Source: Anaerolineae bacterium (lineage in GTDB: Bacteria; Chloroflexota; Anaerolineae; B4-G1; SLSP01). From it: DNA of 64,000 bases. Position 1 is the stretch's first letter. The number at the start of each line of letters is the position of its first letter. The stretch is from contig JBNGCW010000011.1 of assembly GCA_049975525.1 (NCBI GenBank), forward strand, positions 45,623 through 109,622. The letters are read 5' to 3'. The notes beneath the pieces are model-generated. The model was not told where the DNA came from and made no database searches. It saw nothing but the letters and a program-made list of their open reading frames with translations. A program made the translations under genes and the position numbers. Positions 27,985 through 38,131 of the stretch are shown here, piece by piece.

Positions 27985-28452
27985 ATGAAAGCGAGTTTGG
28001 GTTTTCTGCTCATCATCGGGGCGATCCTGGTGGCATCGTTAGGTGGGTGTGGCGCGGACACACTTTCTTTCGAGGAAACAGACCAGGGATCGACCGGGGA
28101 GGTCGACGCCCCCGCACCCACGGCAGTAGTAGACGCTTTTTACACCTGGTACCTGGGCTATCCCGGCAACCCATGGATCGACGCTGCCTACCGCGATCGG
28201 CCTGAGTTGCACCCGGACGCCATCGCCGATGCCGACGCCCTGATGTCCGAGCGTCAGTTGGGCATGGGTGACCCCTTCCTCTGCGCGCAGGCGCGGCCCG
28301 GCAGGGTCGAAACGCAGTTGGTCGAGAGCGACACCCACGCAGCGCGCGTTGAAGTCACCACCGACTTTGAGGGGCACCGCTTCTATGTGACCCTCGCCCG
28401 GGACGAGAGCCACGGCTGGCAGATCACCGAGATCGCCTGTGAGACGCCGTAG
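27985..28452 (+). CDS. Lipoprotein, unknown function
   Basis: Signal peptide with lipobox LGGC. GAGG RBS. Terminator downstream. Confidence 0.5.
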   Translation: MKASLGFLLIIGAILVASLGGCGADTLSFEETDQGSTGEVDAPAPTAVVDAFYTWYLGYPGNPWIDAAYRDRPELHPDAIADADALMSERQLGMGDPFLCAQARPGRVETQLVESDTHAARVEVTTDFEGHRFYVTLARDESHGWQITEIACETP

Positions 28453-28460
28453 GAAGCGCA

Positions 28461-28501
28461 CCCAGGCTCGGCGCGCGGAAGCGTCGAGCCTGGGCCTTTT
28501 G
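28461..28501 (+). terminator. Rho-independent terminator
   Basis: CCCAGGCTCG...CGAGCCTGGG stem followed by CCTTTTG. Confidence 0.6.
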
Positions 28502-28547
28502 TCCCCCGAAGAAATCCGATTTTTATGAGTTGACTCTACTGAAAAAG

Positions 28548-28650
28548 GTTTTTCAGCAGAGAAAGGGATACTATATGTTGTGGTTTGGCTGCGCCCAACC
28601 ACAACATATACCCCATATTTTCATTGGCTGCCCCCTTTTTCAGGGCAGCC
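28548..28650. repeat. About 100-bp palindromic intergenic element, copy 2
   Basis: See copy 1 at 23781-23882. Preceded by AAATCCGATTTTT and GTTGACTCTACTGAAAAAGG motifs of the MITE-like family. Confidence 0.65.
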
Positions 28651-28704
28651 ATGAGTTATTTCGGGGATGTCTACCAAGAATTCTTCAAGAGCGCCCCTTC
28701 GCCC

Positions 28705-29469
28705 TCAACGGCCAGATGGCAATTTTCCCACCGGAGCGACGTAAACGGCAAACTCCTCCTCGCCATCGACGCCCAGGAGCGCATCCAGTTCGCGCTGGTT
28801 GTAAGCGGCGATGGCACAGGTGCCGGCGCCAACGGCCGTACAGGCCAGATACAGATTCTGGCAGACGTGACCGGCATCCAGGGCGATCAACTTGGGAGCC
28901 GCTTTACCGTAACGCCACTCGGTGCGGTAAGGAATCGCCGTCCAGACGAAGGTGACGGCGCTCTGGGCAACAAAGGTCTGATGGTGACAAGCTCTGGCCA
29001 CGCGCTCGGCCAGATGGGCCCCCGTTCGAAGACAACAGAGCCGATGATCCAGGGAGAGGTAGCGGTAGAGGCCAGCCTCAATGCCTTCCACGCGGTTGAG
29101 AACCAGATAGGTCTCGAAGGGGTGACGGGCGCCGGCCGAGGGCACGGTGCGAAAAAGGGCCCGGTCGCCGCGCATGAGCCGGCGCACGCCCTGCGTAGCC
29201 CACAGCAGGAAAGCCAGCTCCTCCAGAGAGAGGGGGGCGGCGCTGTAGGCGCGGTGACTCTTGCGTTCGCGCAGAGCGGTGAAAAGCGAGACCGGCGCCA
29301 CGTCGAGACGCCGGGGCACTGGTAGATCGATCAACGGTGCGCCCTTCGGATAGGGCTGTTGCAGCGGTGGACGCGGCAGCCCCCGGCGCTGATCACTGGG
29401 CACGTCGCGCAGCTCCTCCCACACGTCGGCTTTCAATACGTCGCGTCTCACGTCGTCCGCCGGCATCAC
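28705..29469 (-). CDS. SagB-type dehydrogenase / nitroreductase-family FMN oxidoreductase
   Basis: RKSHRAYS...LWATQG...PSAGARHP...LDAGHVCQNLYLACTAVGAGTC matches the SagB/ThcOx domain signature. Confidence 0.75.
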   Translation of the reverse strand: MMPADDVRRDVLKADVWEELRDVPSDQRRGLPRPPLQQPYPKGAPLIDLPVPRRLDVAPVSLFTALRERKSHRAYSAAPLSLEELAFLLWATQGVRRLMRGDRALFRTVPSAGARHPFETYLVLNRVEGIEAGLYRYLSLDHRLCCLRTGAHLAERVARACHHQTFVAQSAVTFVWTAIPYRTEWRYGKAAPKLIALDAGHVCQNLYLACTAVGAGTCAIAAYNQRELDALLGVDGEEEFAVYVAPVGKLPSGR

Positions 29470-29630
29470 GGCCTCCTCTTTATGGCTTACGCTTCAGTCC
29501 TTGCTATCACTATACCCAAAGCGGGCCAGAAAACAATCGCCCGAACAAAAAGAAGCCTGCTTTGAAACCACTCAGCCCATCCTCACCGACCTTCACTCGT
29601 CATTTAGCCCAAATGTGGTAAAATGGTTCA

Positions 29631-30647
29631 GTGATAGACGAAAAAGAACCCAACGCCAAGCCCAAAAAACCCAAAAACGTCATTGCCTGCCTGACAGAAG
29701 GTTTTGACATCGTCGCCCGTCGCCCTCAACTGGCATTTCTGCCCTTCCTGCTCGACCTTTATCTCTGGTTGGGACCGCGCCTTTCATTGGAGCCCTTGCT
29801 ACGAGAGCTCCAACAACTGTTGAGGGCGTCTTTGACCTCGGGGAATGCGGAAACCACAACCCAACTCTTACATCAGATACTGGAGGAGGCGGCTGACGTC
29901 TACAATCTCTTCAGCCTCCTGGAACCCTTCCCCTTGCTCGGCCTCCCCACTTTCATGGGGCAACGCCTGACCGTGACGCGCCCGCTAGGGCCCCGTTCTG
30001 TCATTCCCGTGGAAAGCATAACCACGGCACTGGGATGGGTCTGTGTGATCGTCATCGTGGAGTTAGGGCTGAGCGCCTTCTACCTGTGGCGCATCGGGGT
30101 AGCGAGCAACGAGACGACCGAGGAGTCTTCCCCCCCACCCCCCTCGACGCCGGCGCACATCTGGGGCAGCTTGCTCAAACTGACGCTCTGGCTCCTTGCC
30201 GCGCTCTTGATGTTGAGCATACCAGGGATGCTCATCGTCATGTTGACGAGCTTTATCAGCATCGGGTTTTCCGGCTTTGTGTTGATCCTGTTCTTCTCCG
30301 GCGGGCTTTTCACGCTGTTGCACACGTTATATACCGTGCCCGGCATTGTACAGTTCAGCAAGCCCCCCCTGCAGGCCCTACAAGAGAGTATCATCCTGAC
30401 CCAGACCGATTTCCCTGGCACGCTGAGTCTGTTGCTGGTAATCCTGGTGATGTCCCAGGGCTTGAATTTCGTCTGGGCGTTGCCCGAGCCGGAGAGCTGG
30501 ATTACGCTGGTCGGCATCGGCGGACACGCAGTGGTGAGCACTGCGCTCATGACGACGTTGTTCATCTTTTACCGGGAGCGCCTGAGGTATCTTAAAGCGC
30601 TCCAGAAGCTTTACGCAGTGCGCACGGCTCACTCATCAGAGGCATAG
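29631..30647 (+). CDS. Polytopic membrane protein, unknown function
   Basis: Multiple TM helices. No recognisable catalytic motif. Confidence 0.5.
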   Translation: MIDEKEPNAKPKKPKNVIACLTEGFDIVARRPQLAFLPFLLDLYLWLGPRLSLEPLLRELQQLLRASLTSGNAETTTQLLHQILEEAADVYNLFSLLEPFPLLGLPTFMGQRLTVTRPLGPRSVIPVESITTALGWVCVIVIVELGLSAFYLWRIGVASNETTEESSPPPPSTPAHIWGSLLKLTLWLLAALLMLSIPGMLIVMLTSFISIGFSGFVLILFFSGGLFTLLHTLYTVPGIVQFSKPPLQALQESIILTQTDFPGTLSLLLVILVMSQGLNFVWALPEPESWITLVGIGGHAVVSTALMTTLFIFYRERLRYLKALQKLYAVRTAHSSEA

Positions 30648-30774
30648 TATCTTTGTCGATATTAGGACGACATCCTCCGCATTCTTCATGCTTACCGCAA
30701 GCGCATCGCATCTTACAGAAAACTGGAACGGATACGGAGAAGGATACGGCGCATAGTGTAGAGACGAGGACAGT

Positions 30775-32700
30775 ATGGCAGAACGAGAGCAAACCGAAAT
30801 GAAATACGACGCATCGACCATCCAGGTATTGGAAGGCCTGGAGGCGGTTCGACGGCGGCCCGGCATGTATGTTGGCGGCACCGACGTGCGCGCCCTCCAT
30901 CACCTGATCTACGAGGTTGTGGATAACTCCATCGACGAAGCGCTGGCCGAGGCCTGCGATCACATCCGCGTGACCATCCACGAAGATCGCAGTGTCACCG
31001 TGTGGGATAACGGGCGTGGCATCCCCGTGGAAGAGCATCCCGAAAAGAAGATCTCAGCGCTCCAACTGGTGATGACGACGCTGCACGCGGGGGGCAAGTT
31101 CGACGGTGGCGGCTACAAAGTCTCCGGCGGCCTGCACGGCGTCGGCGTTTCGGCCGTCAACGCGCTCTCCGAATGGATGGAGGTGGAGGTACGAAAGGAG
31201 CACGGGCTCTACCGTCAGCGCTACGAGACAGGCATCCCCATGACTGAGGTGGAGAAACTCCGTGATACCATCGACGAGGAGACGGGGACCACCATCACTT
31301 TCAAGTTCGATGAGACGCTTTTTAAGAACGTAGACTACAACTTTGATACGCTCGCTCAGCGTTTTCGGGAGATGGCCTTCGTCACACGTGGTGTGCGTAT
31401 GGATCTGATCGACGAGCGCGAGAAGCCCTTTCCCCGCCGTATGAGCTTTTACTTTGAGGGCGGCATCCTGGCTTTCGTTCAATACCTAAATCGCAAGCGC
31501 AAGACCCTTCACGACGCCCTGTACGTAGAAAGGGAGATCGACAACACCACCGTCGAAGTAGCGCTGCAGTACACCGACAGCTACCGAGAGACGGTGCTCG
31601 CCTTCGCTAACACCATCAATACAATAGACGGCGGGTCCCACCTCACCGGCTTCCGGTCCGCGCTGACGCGCACCATCAACGAGTACATGCACGAATCCGG
31701 CCTGCTCAAGGAGAAAGACCCCAACCTGAGCGGTGACCTGGTGCGGGAAGGGCTCACCGCTGTGATCAGCGTCAAGATCCCGGATCCGCAATTCGAGAGT
31801 CAGACCAAGGTCAAGTTGATGAACCCCGAGGTCAAAGGATTGGTGGAAAGCGCCGTCAACGAGGCGCTGGCGGAGTTTCTGGAGAAGGACTCCCGCGCGG
31901 CGCGACGGATTGGCAACAAATGTCTGACCTCCTTCAAAGCCCGTCGGGCGGCCCGCAAGGCACGCGATCTGGTGATCCGCAAGAGCGCGTTGGAAAGCAT
32001 GACGTTGCCCGGCAAGCTGGCCGACTGCTCCAGCCGCGACCCGGCGGAGACGGAGATCTTCATCGTCGAGGGTGATTCTGCCGGCGGCTCCGCCAAACAG
32101 GGCCGCGATCGACACTTCCAGGCGATTCTGCCGTTGCGCGGCAAAATCCTCAACACAGAGCGGGCCAGCATCAACCGCATCCTCAACAATCGGGAGATCA
32201 AAGCCATTATCTCGGCTCTGGGCTGCGGCATCGGGCGGCAGTTCGACATCGAGAACCTGCGCTATGGGCGCGTCATCATCATGTGCGACGCGGACGTGGA
32301 CGGCGCGCACATCGCCACATTACTGTTGACGCTCTTCTTCCGCTACATGCAGCCGTTAATCACAGAAGGTCACCTCTTCTTAGCGCAACCGCCGCTCTAC
32401 CTGGTGAAATCCGGGCGCTCGGAGGAGTACATCTACACAGAAAAAGGGCTCCAGCGCTACCTCAAGAGTCTGGATGGGCAGAGCTACAGCCTGCAGCGCT
32501 ACAAGGGTCTGGGCGAGATGAACCCGCAACAGCTCTGGGAGACAACCATGGATCCTAAGACGCGCACGCTGTTGCGCGTCACGATCGAAGACGCCGAACG
32601 CGCCGACAACACCTTCAGTATGTTGATGGGGCGAGAGGTGCCACCGCGCCGCCGGTTCATCCAGAGTCACGCCCGCGAGGTGCAAAACCTGGACGTGTGA
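30775..32700 (+). CDS. gyrB: DNA gyrase subunit B
   Basis: GHKL ATPase N-terminus and TOPRIM motifs ([24 protein letters not shown]). Confidence 0.9.
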   Translation: MAEREQTEMKYDASTIQVLEGLEAVRRRPGMYVGGTDVRALHHLIYEVVDNSIDEALAEACDHIRVTIHEDRSVTVWDNGRGIPVEEHPEKKISALQLVMTTLHAGGKFDGGGYKVSGGLHGVGVSAVNALSEWMEVEVRKEHGLYRQRYETGIPMTEVEKLRDTIDEETGTTITFKFDETLFKNVDYNFDTLAQRFREMAFVTRGVRMDLIDEREKPFPRRMSFYFEGGILAFVQYLNRKRKTLHDALYVEREIDNTTVEVALQYTDSYRETVLAFANTINTIDGGSHLTGFRSALTRTINEYMHESGLLKEKDPNLSGDLVREGLTAVISVKIPDPQFESQTKVKLMNPEVKGLVESAVNEALAEFLEKDSRAARRIGNKCLTSFKARRAARKARDLVIRKSALESMTLPGKLADCSSRDPAETEIFIVEGDSAGGSAKQGRDRHFQAILPLRGKILNTERASINRILNNREIKAIISALGCGIGRQFDIENLRYGRVIIMCDADVDGAHIATLLLTLFFRYMQPLITEGHLFLAQPPLYLVKSGRSEEYIYTEKGLQRYLKSLDGQSYSLQRYKGLGEMNPQQLWETTMDPKTRTLLRVTIEDAERADNTFSMLMGREVPPRRRFIQSHAREVQNLDV

Positions 32701-32721
32701 GGTGAGGCTCCGGCCCGCTCA

Positions 32722-33546
32722 CTATCCTCCCTCCCACAGCGGGCCCAGCCGCAGGTCCGAGAGGTCAATCCGAGGCACGCCAAGACGCCGACTCACAAAG
32801 CCCCCATGATAATCCGAGCCGCCGGTGATGAGGAGATCTCGGCGCTTACACCACTCCACACAAAAAGCCGTCATTGCCGCTTCATGGTACTGGGAATAGC
32901 ATTCCAGCCCCTCGATCCCGTATTCCAGAAAGGGCACCAGCGCGGCTTCGCTTAGACCACCGCGCTTCGCCAGGCTCTCACCCGGATGGGCCAGGATGGG
33001 ATGTCCGCCGGCCCCACGTATGATGGAGATAGCCTCCCTCGGGTGGACAAACTCGGGCCAGCGATGCCCCAGCTCCGCACGAAGGCGCACGAAAAAGTCC
33101 CGTGGGCCGGTGCACAGTCCCCGGTCGATGCAGTAGTTGAGGGACTTGAACCCACCGCGCGTGCGGTCGTAGTCGTAACTCAGATACTCCTCGTAGTCCA
33201 GCGGATACCCCAGCTCGATGAGCCGCCGGATATCTTCCGCGTCCACGGCGGCCATCTTCTCGGTGTGCTCGCTCAGCAAGGCACGGAGTGCCCCGTCGGT
33301 GGGATCGACGCCGTATCCGAGGATGTGGAACAGCGCACCGTCATCGAGGGTCGATATCTCAACAGCGCGCAGAAAGGCCAGGCCGGCCTCCTGGGCCAGG
33401 CGCTCTGTGCGCAGCACGTTGCCCACGGAATCGTGATCCGCGACGGCGAAGAGTTCGATGCCCTCCGCCTGGACACCCGCGACTACCTGCTCCGCCGTCC
33501 AGCGTCCGTCCGACGCCGTGGTGTGAATGTGGAGATCTACCCGCAT
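32722..33546 (-). CDS. PHP-domain metal-dependent phosphoesterase
   Basis: MRVDLHIHTTASDG...ADHD PHP motifs are present. Confidence 0.8.
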   Translation of the reverse strand: MRVDLHIHTTASDGRWTAEQVVAGVQAEGIELFAVADHDSVGNVLRTERLAQEAGLAFLRAVEISTLDDGALFHILGYGVDPTDGALRALLSEHTEKMAAVDAEDIRRLIELGYPLDYEEYLSYDYDRTRGGFKSLNYCIDRGLCTGPRDFFVRLRAELGHRWPEFVHPREAISIIRGAGGHPILAHPGESLAKRGGLSEAALVPFLEYGIEGLECYSQYHEAAMTAFCVEWCKRRDLLITGGSDYHGGFVSRRLGVPRIDLSDLRLGPLWEGG

Positions 33547-33548
33547 CG

Positions 33549-34526
33549 TTACGCCGGCTCCGTTCCCGGGAGAAAGACCTCGGTACCGCAGTGTTCACAT
33601 CGCGTCGTGCCCTTGCCCGCCAGCGTCATCTCGGCGCCGCAGTTGGGACACTGGCTGAGGTCTTGTAACTTCTCCGCCTCTCTCGAGTAGATGATCTCGT
33701 TATCCCAGTCCAGATAGCCCGTGAACTTGCCCTCCCTTACCAAGGCATAAATCCATTCCTCAACAAGACCCTGCGGCACGCCGAACTCCTCACTTAACGT
33801 CTGCAGCGAGACCGTGCCCCGCGAATCGATGATCCCCAGCAGCGTCAACTGCCGCTCCGCGTAGGCGGACACGGTGTAGAAACGGCGGTACTTCACCTCG
33901 CGGAGTCCCTGGAGTTTTTTGTCCTTCACAATTTTGCGCAAGAGTGGGTCGACACGCTCCTCGGAAACATCCAAAGCACGGGCCAATTGCCGGTAGGTCA
34001 CCTCCCCACCCTGGCGTCGGATGTAATCGACCGCGTCTTCCTCCAGACCTTGCTGGTGAAGCTCGCGCAGATGAGCAGGTGTCTTGACAAGTCCATAAAC
34101 CGGAAGAATGGTTGCCAGGAGCAGCACAGGAGAACAGAGACATGAAAAGCCTAGAAAGCCCGTCGCGAGATTCTCAAACTCGTCACTCGTTCCAAGCGAG
34201 ATACCGACGATCACGTTACTTAAGGCGAGCGCACCCAAGGCCAGCACGCCTAACACCGTTTTGGCCGGTGCGGCTCGCTCCCAGAGCCCCGCAATCTCAA
34301 AGAGCAGAGCGACGAGCGGCAGCACGAAGATGCCCAACACCGCGCCGCCGTTTTCGATTTGTGCATCGGCCCCCTCGAAGGCACTCATCCCATAGAATAC
34401 GGCTAACAGGGTGCCCAACAAGAGCACGCCTAGAGCCACCATAACGACCACCAAAGGACCGATAGCGGGCAGAAACACGCACAACGTTCGTCGCAGTCTT
34501 CGGGACATGGAACACCTTCCTTGCAT
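33549..34526 (-). CDS. Membrane-anchored winged-helix protein with C-terminal zinc ribbon
   Basis: N-terminal TM helices, central wHTH-like repeats, and C-terminal CPNCG...CEHCG. Alternative start at 34508. Confidence 0.5.
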   Translation of the reverse strand: MQGRCSMSRRLRRTLCVFLPAIGPLVVVMVALGVLLLGTLLAVFYGMSAFEGADAQIENGGAVLGIFVLPLVALLFEIAGLWERAAPAKTVLGVLALGALALSNVIVGISLGTSDEFENLATGFLGFSCLCSPVLLLATILPVYGLVKTPAHLRELHQQGLEEDAVDYIRRQGGEVTYRQLARALDVSEERVDPLLRKIVKDKKLQGLREVKYRRFYTVSAYAERQLTLLGIIDSRGTVSLQTLSEEFGVPQGLVEEWIYALVREGKFTGYLDWDNEIIYSREAEKLQDLSQCPNCGAEMTLAGKGTTRCEHCGTEVFLPGTEPA

Positions 34527-34736
34527 AGCTTGCTATCAATAGCTTATTTTACCGTATTCCAGCGTCCCGACAAAACAGCCTTCGCACGTTCTTAGGCATT
34601 GAGGGTGTTTTTGATAACCGACGGGTTCCAAAACCTGTGGAGTTCCACAGTAGACAACGGCCTTACACTTTGATAGACTGAAGTTGTTGGATAGGTTGGG
34701 AAAGTTATCCTGCATGTTCAGAGAGGGAGGGATAAG

Positions 34737-34928
34737 ATGTGTAAAGAGACTGTGTTACGGGTCAGCAAACCAAAGACCGTTGGTCGAGTGGTATCCATGG
34801 TGTTTCTACTGGTGACAATGATAGGGCCTTGGTTTGCCGACAGCCACCCCGCGACAGAGGAGACCTGCCTTCCTCCTCTTGTCTGGCTGGGTGAGGTTTA
34901 TTGCGCGTGCCGGATATCTTCCGCCTGA
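34737..34928 (+). CDS. Possible small Cys-containing protein (63 aa)
   Basis: Strong GAGGGAGGG RBS 5 nt upstream of the ATG. No homology recognised. Confidence 0.3.
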   Translation: MCKETVLRVSKPKTVGRVVSMVFLLVTMIGPWFADSHPATEETCLPPLVWLGEVYCACRISSA

Positions 34929-35012
34929 CCCGCGGCTCCAGCCGACGCCGCTCCGCTGCGCGGCTGAGTGGCAGGCCGTTATTTTAGTAGAATTACCTAT
35001 CGGAATTAAAAA

Positions 35013-35965
35013 ATGAGTGAATCCATATCGGTTAACGAGCAAACATCCCCCAGACGTTCCGGGCGCCCTGCGATAAACACGCTGGGCCGGCTCTATCGGC
35101 TGGCCGTGGCCGTGCTGGCGGTGTTCGTCATCGTCGGCGTCGTGCTCTTCGTGGGGCGGGCGGCGGTCTACAAGATCCGCCCTACGAGCACGGATTGCAC
35201 CTGCGCGGCGGACGCTTCATCAACGTGGACGAGCCAGGCTGGTACATCCAAATCCCGCTGGTCGATACGGTCATCATCGTCAAGGTCAACGAGCGATTGG
35301 ACTACGTGGAGTGCATCCCGGCCATGACCTCCGACGACGTGACCATGGACGTCTCCCTACAATACACTTAGCACATCGTCCATCCCGAGCGCTTCGCCCT
35401 GGAGGTAGACAACCCGGCGCGGATTGTCTTTGAATTTGTTCGGGGTAACCTTCGAGACGCGGTGAATACCAAGGCCATGACCGAGGTGATGCACAACCGC
35501 GCCGAGCTCAACCGTGAGGTAATACTCACGCTCCAGGAAAAAGAGGCCCAGTACGGCGTCGAGTTTATCACCGTACAGATCCGGAGCGCGTCGCCGCCCA
35601 GGAGGTGGTGACGGCCATTAAGAATCGCATGGTCGCCGTACAGCGCCAGGAGCAGGCGCAGGCCGAGGCCGTGTAGCGTCGTACGCTGGTCGACGCCGAG
35701 TTCTACGCGGCGCAGAAGCAGGCCGACGGTGAAGCTTACCAGATCACCAAGCGCGCCAAGGCCGAGGCGCAACGCACCGCGCTCACATCAGAAGCGCAGC
35801 AGGAAGCCATCCGTGCTGTCTTAGATGAACTGGAAGCCAGGGGCGACCTGGCCGAGGCGTGCGCGCAGGTGCTTCTCGCGCAAGAACTGAAGGAGAATAG
35901 CAAGTGGATCACCAGTGGCGGGGAGATGGCGCCTGTCGTAGAGCTGCTGCGCGAGGCGCCATAAA
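35013..35965 (+). pseudogene. SPFH/band-7 (HflC/stomatin-like) gene disrupted by frameshifts and in-frame stops
   Basis: Band-7-like translation is recovered only by switching frames near 35176, passing a TAG at about 35368, and shifting again near 35600 and 35680. An N-terminal TM helix is intact. Confidence 0.6.
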
Positions 35966-36191
35966 AGTGGCACCTTCACGGCCAATGGGTCTGGCCGGCT
36001 TTACTTCCGCATCAACGATGACATTCTCAGTGACAACGAGGGGGTACGTGACCGTCGAAGTGGAAATTTTACCAGCGGAAGAATAAAAGCACGCCGGCGT
36101 GCAGCCGGGGTATCAGGCTCAAAGTGACAGCGGAGTGTCGTCTCAGAGTACATGCATGCGACTCCGCTGTACTACAAAGATCTAGGGTTCG

Positions 36192-36923
36192 TCAACCGGC
36201 CTGAAGATGCCGAAACGGCCCTTTGCGGTCAAAAAGCCGACGCCACAACCCGGCAAAGGTCAAGCGTTGACCTTCCCATATCCCCTTGGGCCGACTCATA
36301 GGCTTGACATCCGGCACGCGCAACTCCACGGTTTGCGGCGGGTAGACGACAAAAGTCTTGAGCGCCCCCAGCTCAGGGTACGCTTCTATGTGTTCCTGAG
36401 CAGCGAGCTCGGTGATGTCTCCGTAGAGACGGTAGAAATCTTCCGTCATCAAAATGTACTCCCGCGAGGGCAGGCTGTTCTTGAGCAGACGATGGATCAG
36501 GATGACGTTGTTGCCGGCCAGCTCTTCAAACTGCCGGATCTGCTTCATGACGACTTCACCGTAATGCAACACCGCCTTGAGCTGCAGCTGGGCGATGTTC
36601 CGGCAGGCCTCGCAGGGGCAGCCCCCTTCACCGGCCTCCACAAGCGTGGTCTGTTTCTGCTTGAAAGCCGCAAAAAACCCCAACACCTGCCGGGCGATGT
36701 CGTGCACGGCGGCCTGGGGGTTTTCTTCAACCTCCGCGTAGAGCAGCGCTGCGTCACCCTCCAACTTATTGAGCGTGAGCGGATAATCGGCTTTGTCGAT
36801 GACGGCCTCCATCAGCTCCGTGATGATCTCCTCCGCGTGAAGCAGGCTGGCAGCGTGCATCTGAAGGAACCGCGTGTAGCCGCTGATGTCAACCAGGACG
36901 AGAGCAACTTTCTTGATCTCCAT
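36192..36923 (-). CDS. DUF2652-like protein with class-III nucleotidyl-cyclase-like palm motifs
   Basis: LVLVDISGYTRF is like FADIVGFT, and KLEGDAALLYA is like KTIGDAYM. GGAGGA RBS. Confidence 0.6.
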   Translation of the reverse strand: MEIKKVALVLVDISGYTRFLQMHAASLLHAEEIITELMEAVIDKADYPLTLNKLEGDAALLYAEVEENPQAAVHDIARQVLGFFAAFKQKQTTLVEAGEGGCPCEACRNIAQLQLKAVLHYGEVVMKQIRQFEELAGNNVILIHRLLKNSLPSREYILMTEDFYRLYGDITELAAQEHIEAYPELGALKTFVVYPPQTVELRVPDVKPMSRPKGIWEGQRLTFAGLWRRLFDRKGPFRHLQAG

Positions 36924-36943
36924 GATCTATCCTCCAACAATAG

Positions 36944-37003
36944 GATGACTCGCCTGAAAAAATCGAGACAAATCGGATTTTTAGTCGACCATCCCCTGTG
37001 TGT
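36944..37003. repeat. Truncated inverted copy of the MITE-like element (CTGAAAAAATCGAGACAAATCGGATTTTT...CAGGGGATGGTCGAC)
   Basis: The reverse complement matches the ...CAGGGGATGGCCGACTAGAAATCCGATTTT segment of unit 2 at 15213-15245. Confidence 0.5.
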
Positions 37004-37162
37004 AGTGATATCTTAGTATAGTCAAGATGATGAACCGCGCAAACGCAGCCTCATTATAAACAGCGGCTGGCTCACGTCAACCAAAACCGTTTCATTTTTT
37101 GATCAAACAGGTACAACGCACCCCTTCACGGTCACGAGGCCCGTCAACTGGGGCCTCCACAG

Positions 37163-38056
37163 TCAGAGATAACAATCCTGAAAGGTCTCGGTGTCGAGGC
37201 GCAGATCCCCCAGGCGCAGCACCGCGACCGTCTCTTCCCGTCCGGGGAGGAGCGGCGCGCGCAGATGAACGACACGCTCGTCTGCACCCTCCACAAAGCC
37301 GAGGGCCAGCGCAAAGCCCTCCCGATCTTCCAGCGCCGCCAAGCGCCCCGGCAGAAAACGACGCGCGGGGAAGACCGCCAGTCCGTGGTAGTTGAGCGAG
37401 ACCCGGCGCGCTTCTGCGAAGTACTCACGGTAGCAGGCCGCTCGATAAGCACGCCGCTCCTCCCGAGAGCGCAGCCGCACTCCCGCCGGCACAGAGAGCT
37501 CGATCACGCGCACGCCGGGCAGCGGATGCAGGGGCAGCAGCAGCGAGCGCAGCTCCCGCTCGCGTTGAAAAACCACGACGGTACAGGGGCGCAGCAGCTC
37601 CACCTGCGCCCACTTGAGGTGGGTGCCGCCAAAGCGGGCGTCGACGAACCCCGTGGTGTCGATGATCAGCGTCTCGGCCCGGGTCGCCTGCACAAGGCGG
37701 GAGAGGCCCAGGATCACGCGGAGCATGTGACCGGGCGGCGCGTTACCCCCCACAAACCAGAGATGTCGCTCCGCGCAAGGCGGAAAGGCGACCTCCCCCG
37801 AGCTTTCGTTGCGGGCCACGACCATCGTCGTCGGCAGCCGGTAGCTGTTTTGCCCCATGTCGGCGTCGAGGAAAGCGACGTACGTGTGCGTCTCCAGTAA
37901 ACGCCGGTAGAGGTAACGGGCGAAGGTGCTTTTCCCCGTGTTACTGGCGCCCACCACCAGAATCGGGCCGCGCCAGGCGGCGATGTCTAACGCCTGCCAG
38001 CTTTCCGGCACTTCGATATCGTCCCGATCTATCATAAGGACCCAACAACACCCCAC
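37163..38056 (-). CDS. Clp1/Grc3-like P-loop polynucleotide 5'-hydroxyl kinase family protein
   Basis: Walker A GASNTGKST and the Clp1 clasp motif LDADMGQ (DxDxGQ) are present. Confidence 0.55.
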   Translation of the reverse strand: MGCCWVLMIDRDDIEVPESWQALDIAAWRGPILVVGASNTGKSTFARYLYRRLLETHTYVAFLDADMGQNSYRLPTTMVVARNESSGEVAFPPCAERHLWFVGGNAPPGHMLRVILGLSRLVQATRAETLIIDTTGFVDARFGGTHLKWAQVELLRPCTVVVFQRERELRSLLLPLHPLPGVRVIELSVPAGVRLRSREERRAYRAACYREYFAEARRVSLNYHGLAVFPARRFLPGRLAALEDREGFALALGFVEGADERVVHLRAPLLPGREETVAVLRLGDLRLDTETFQDCYL

Positions 38057-38131
38057 TCCCCGAGCATCCCCCCGACCTCCAAGGGAGGAGGCACTTTCAA
38101 AAAACCCGACCGCTTGCTATCGGCAACAGGA

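Noticed and set aside
35368-35772. 134-aa ORF antisense to the SPFH pseudogene
   Set aside because: It has no RBS or motifs, and it lies opposite a region with clear (though broken) band-7 coding signal.
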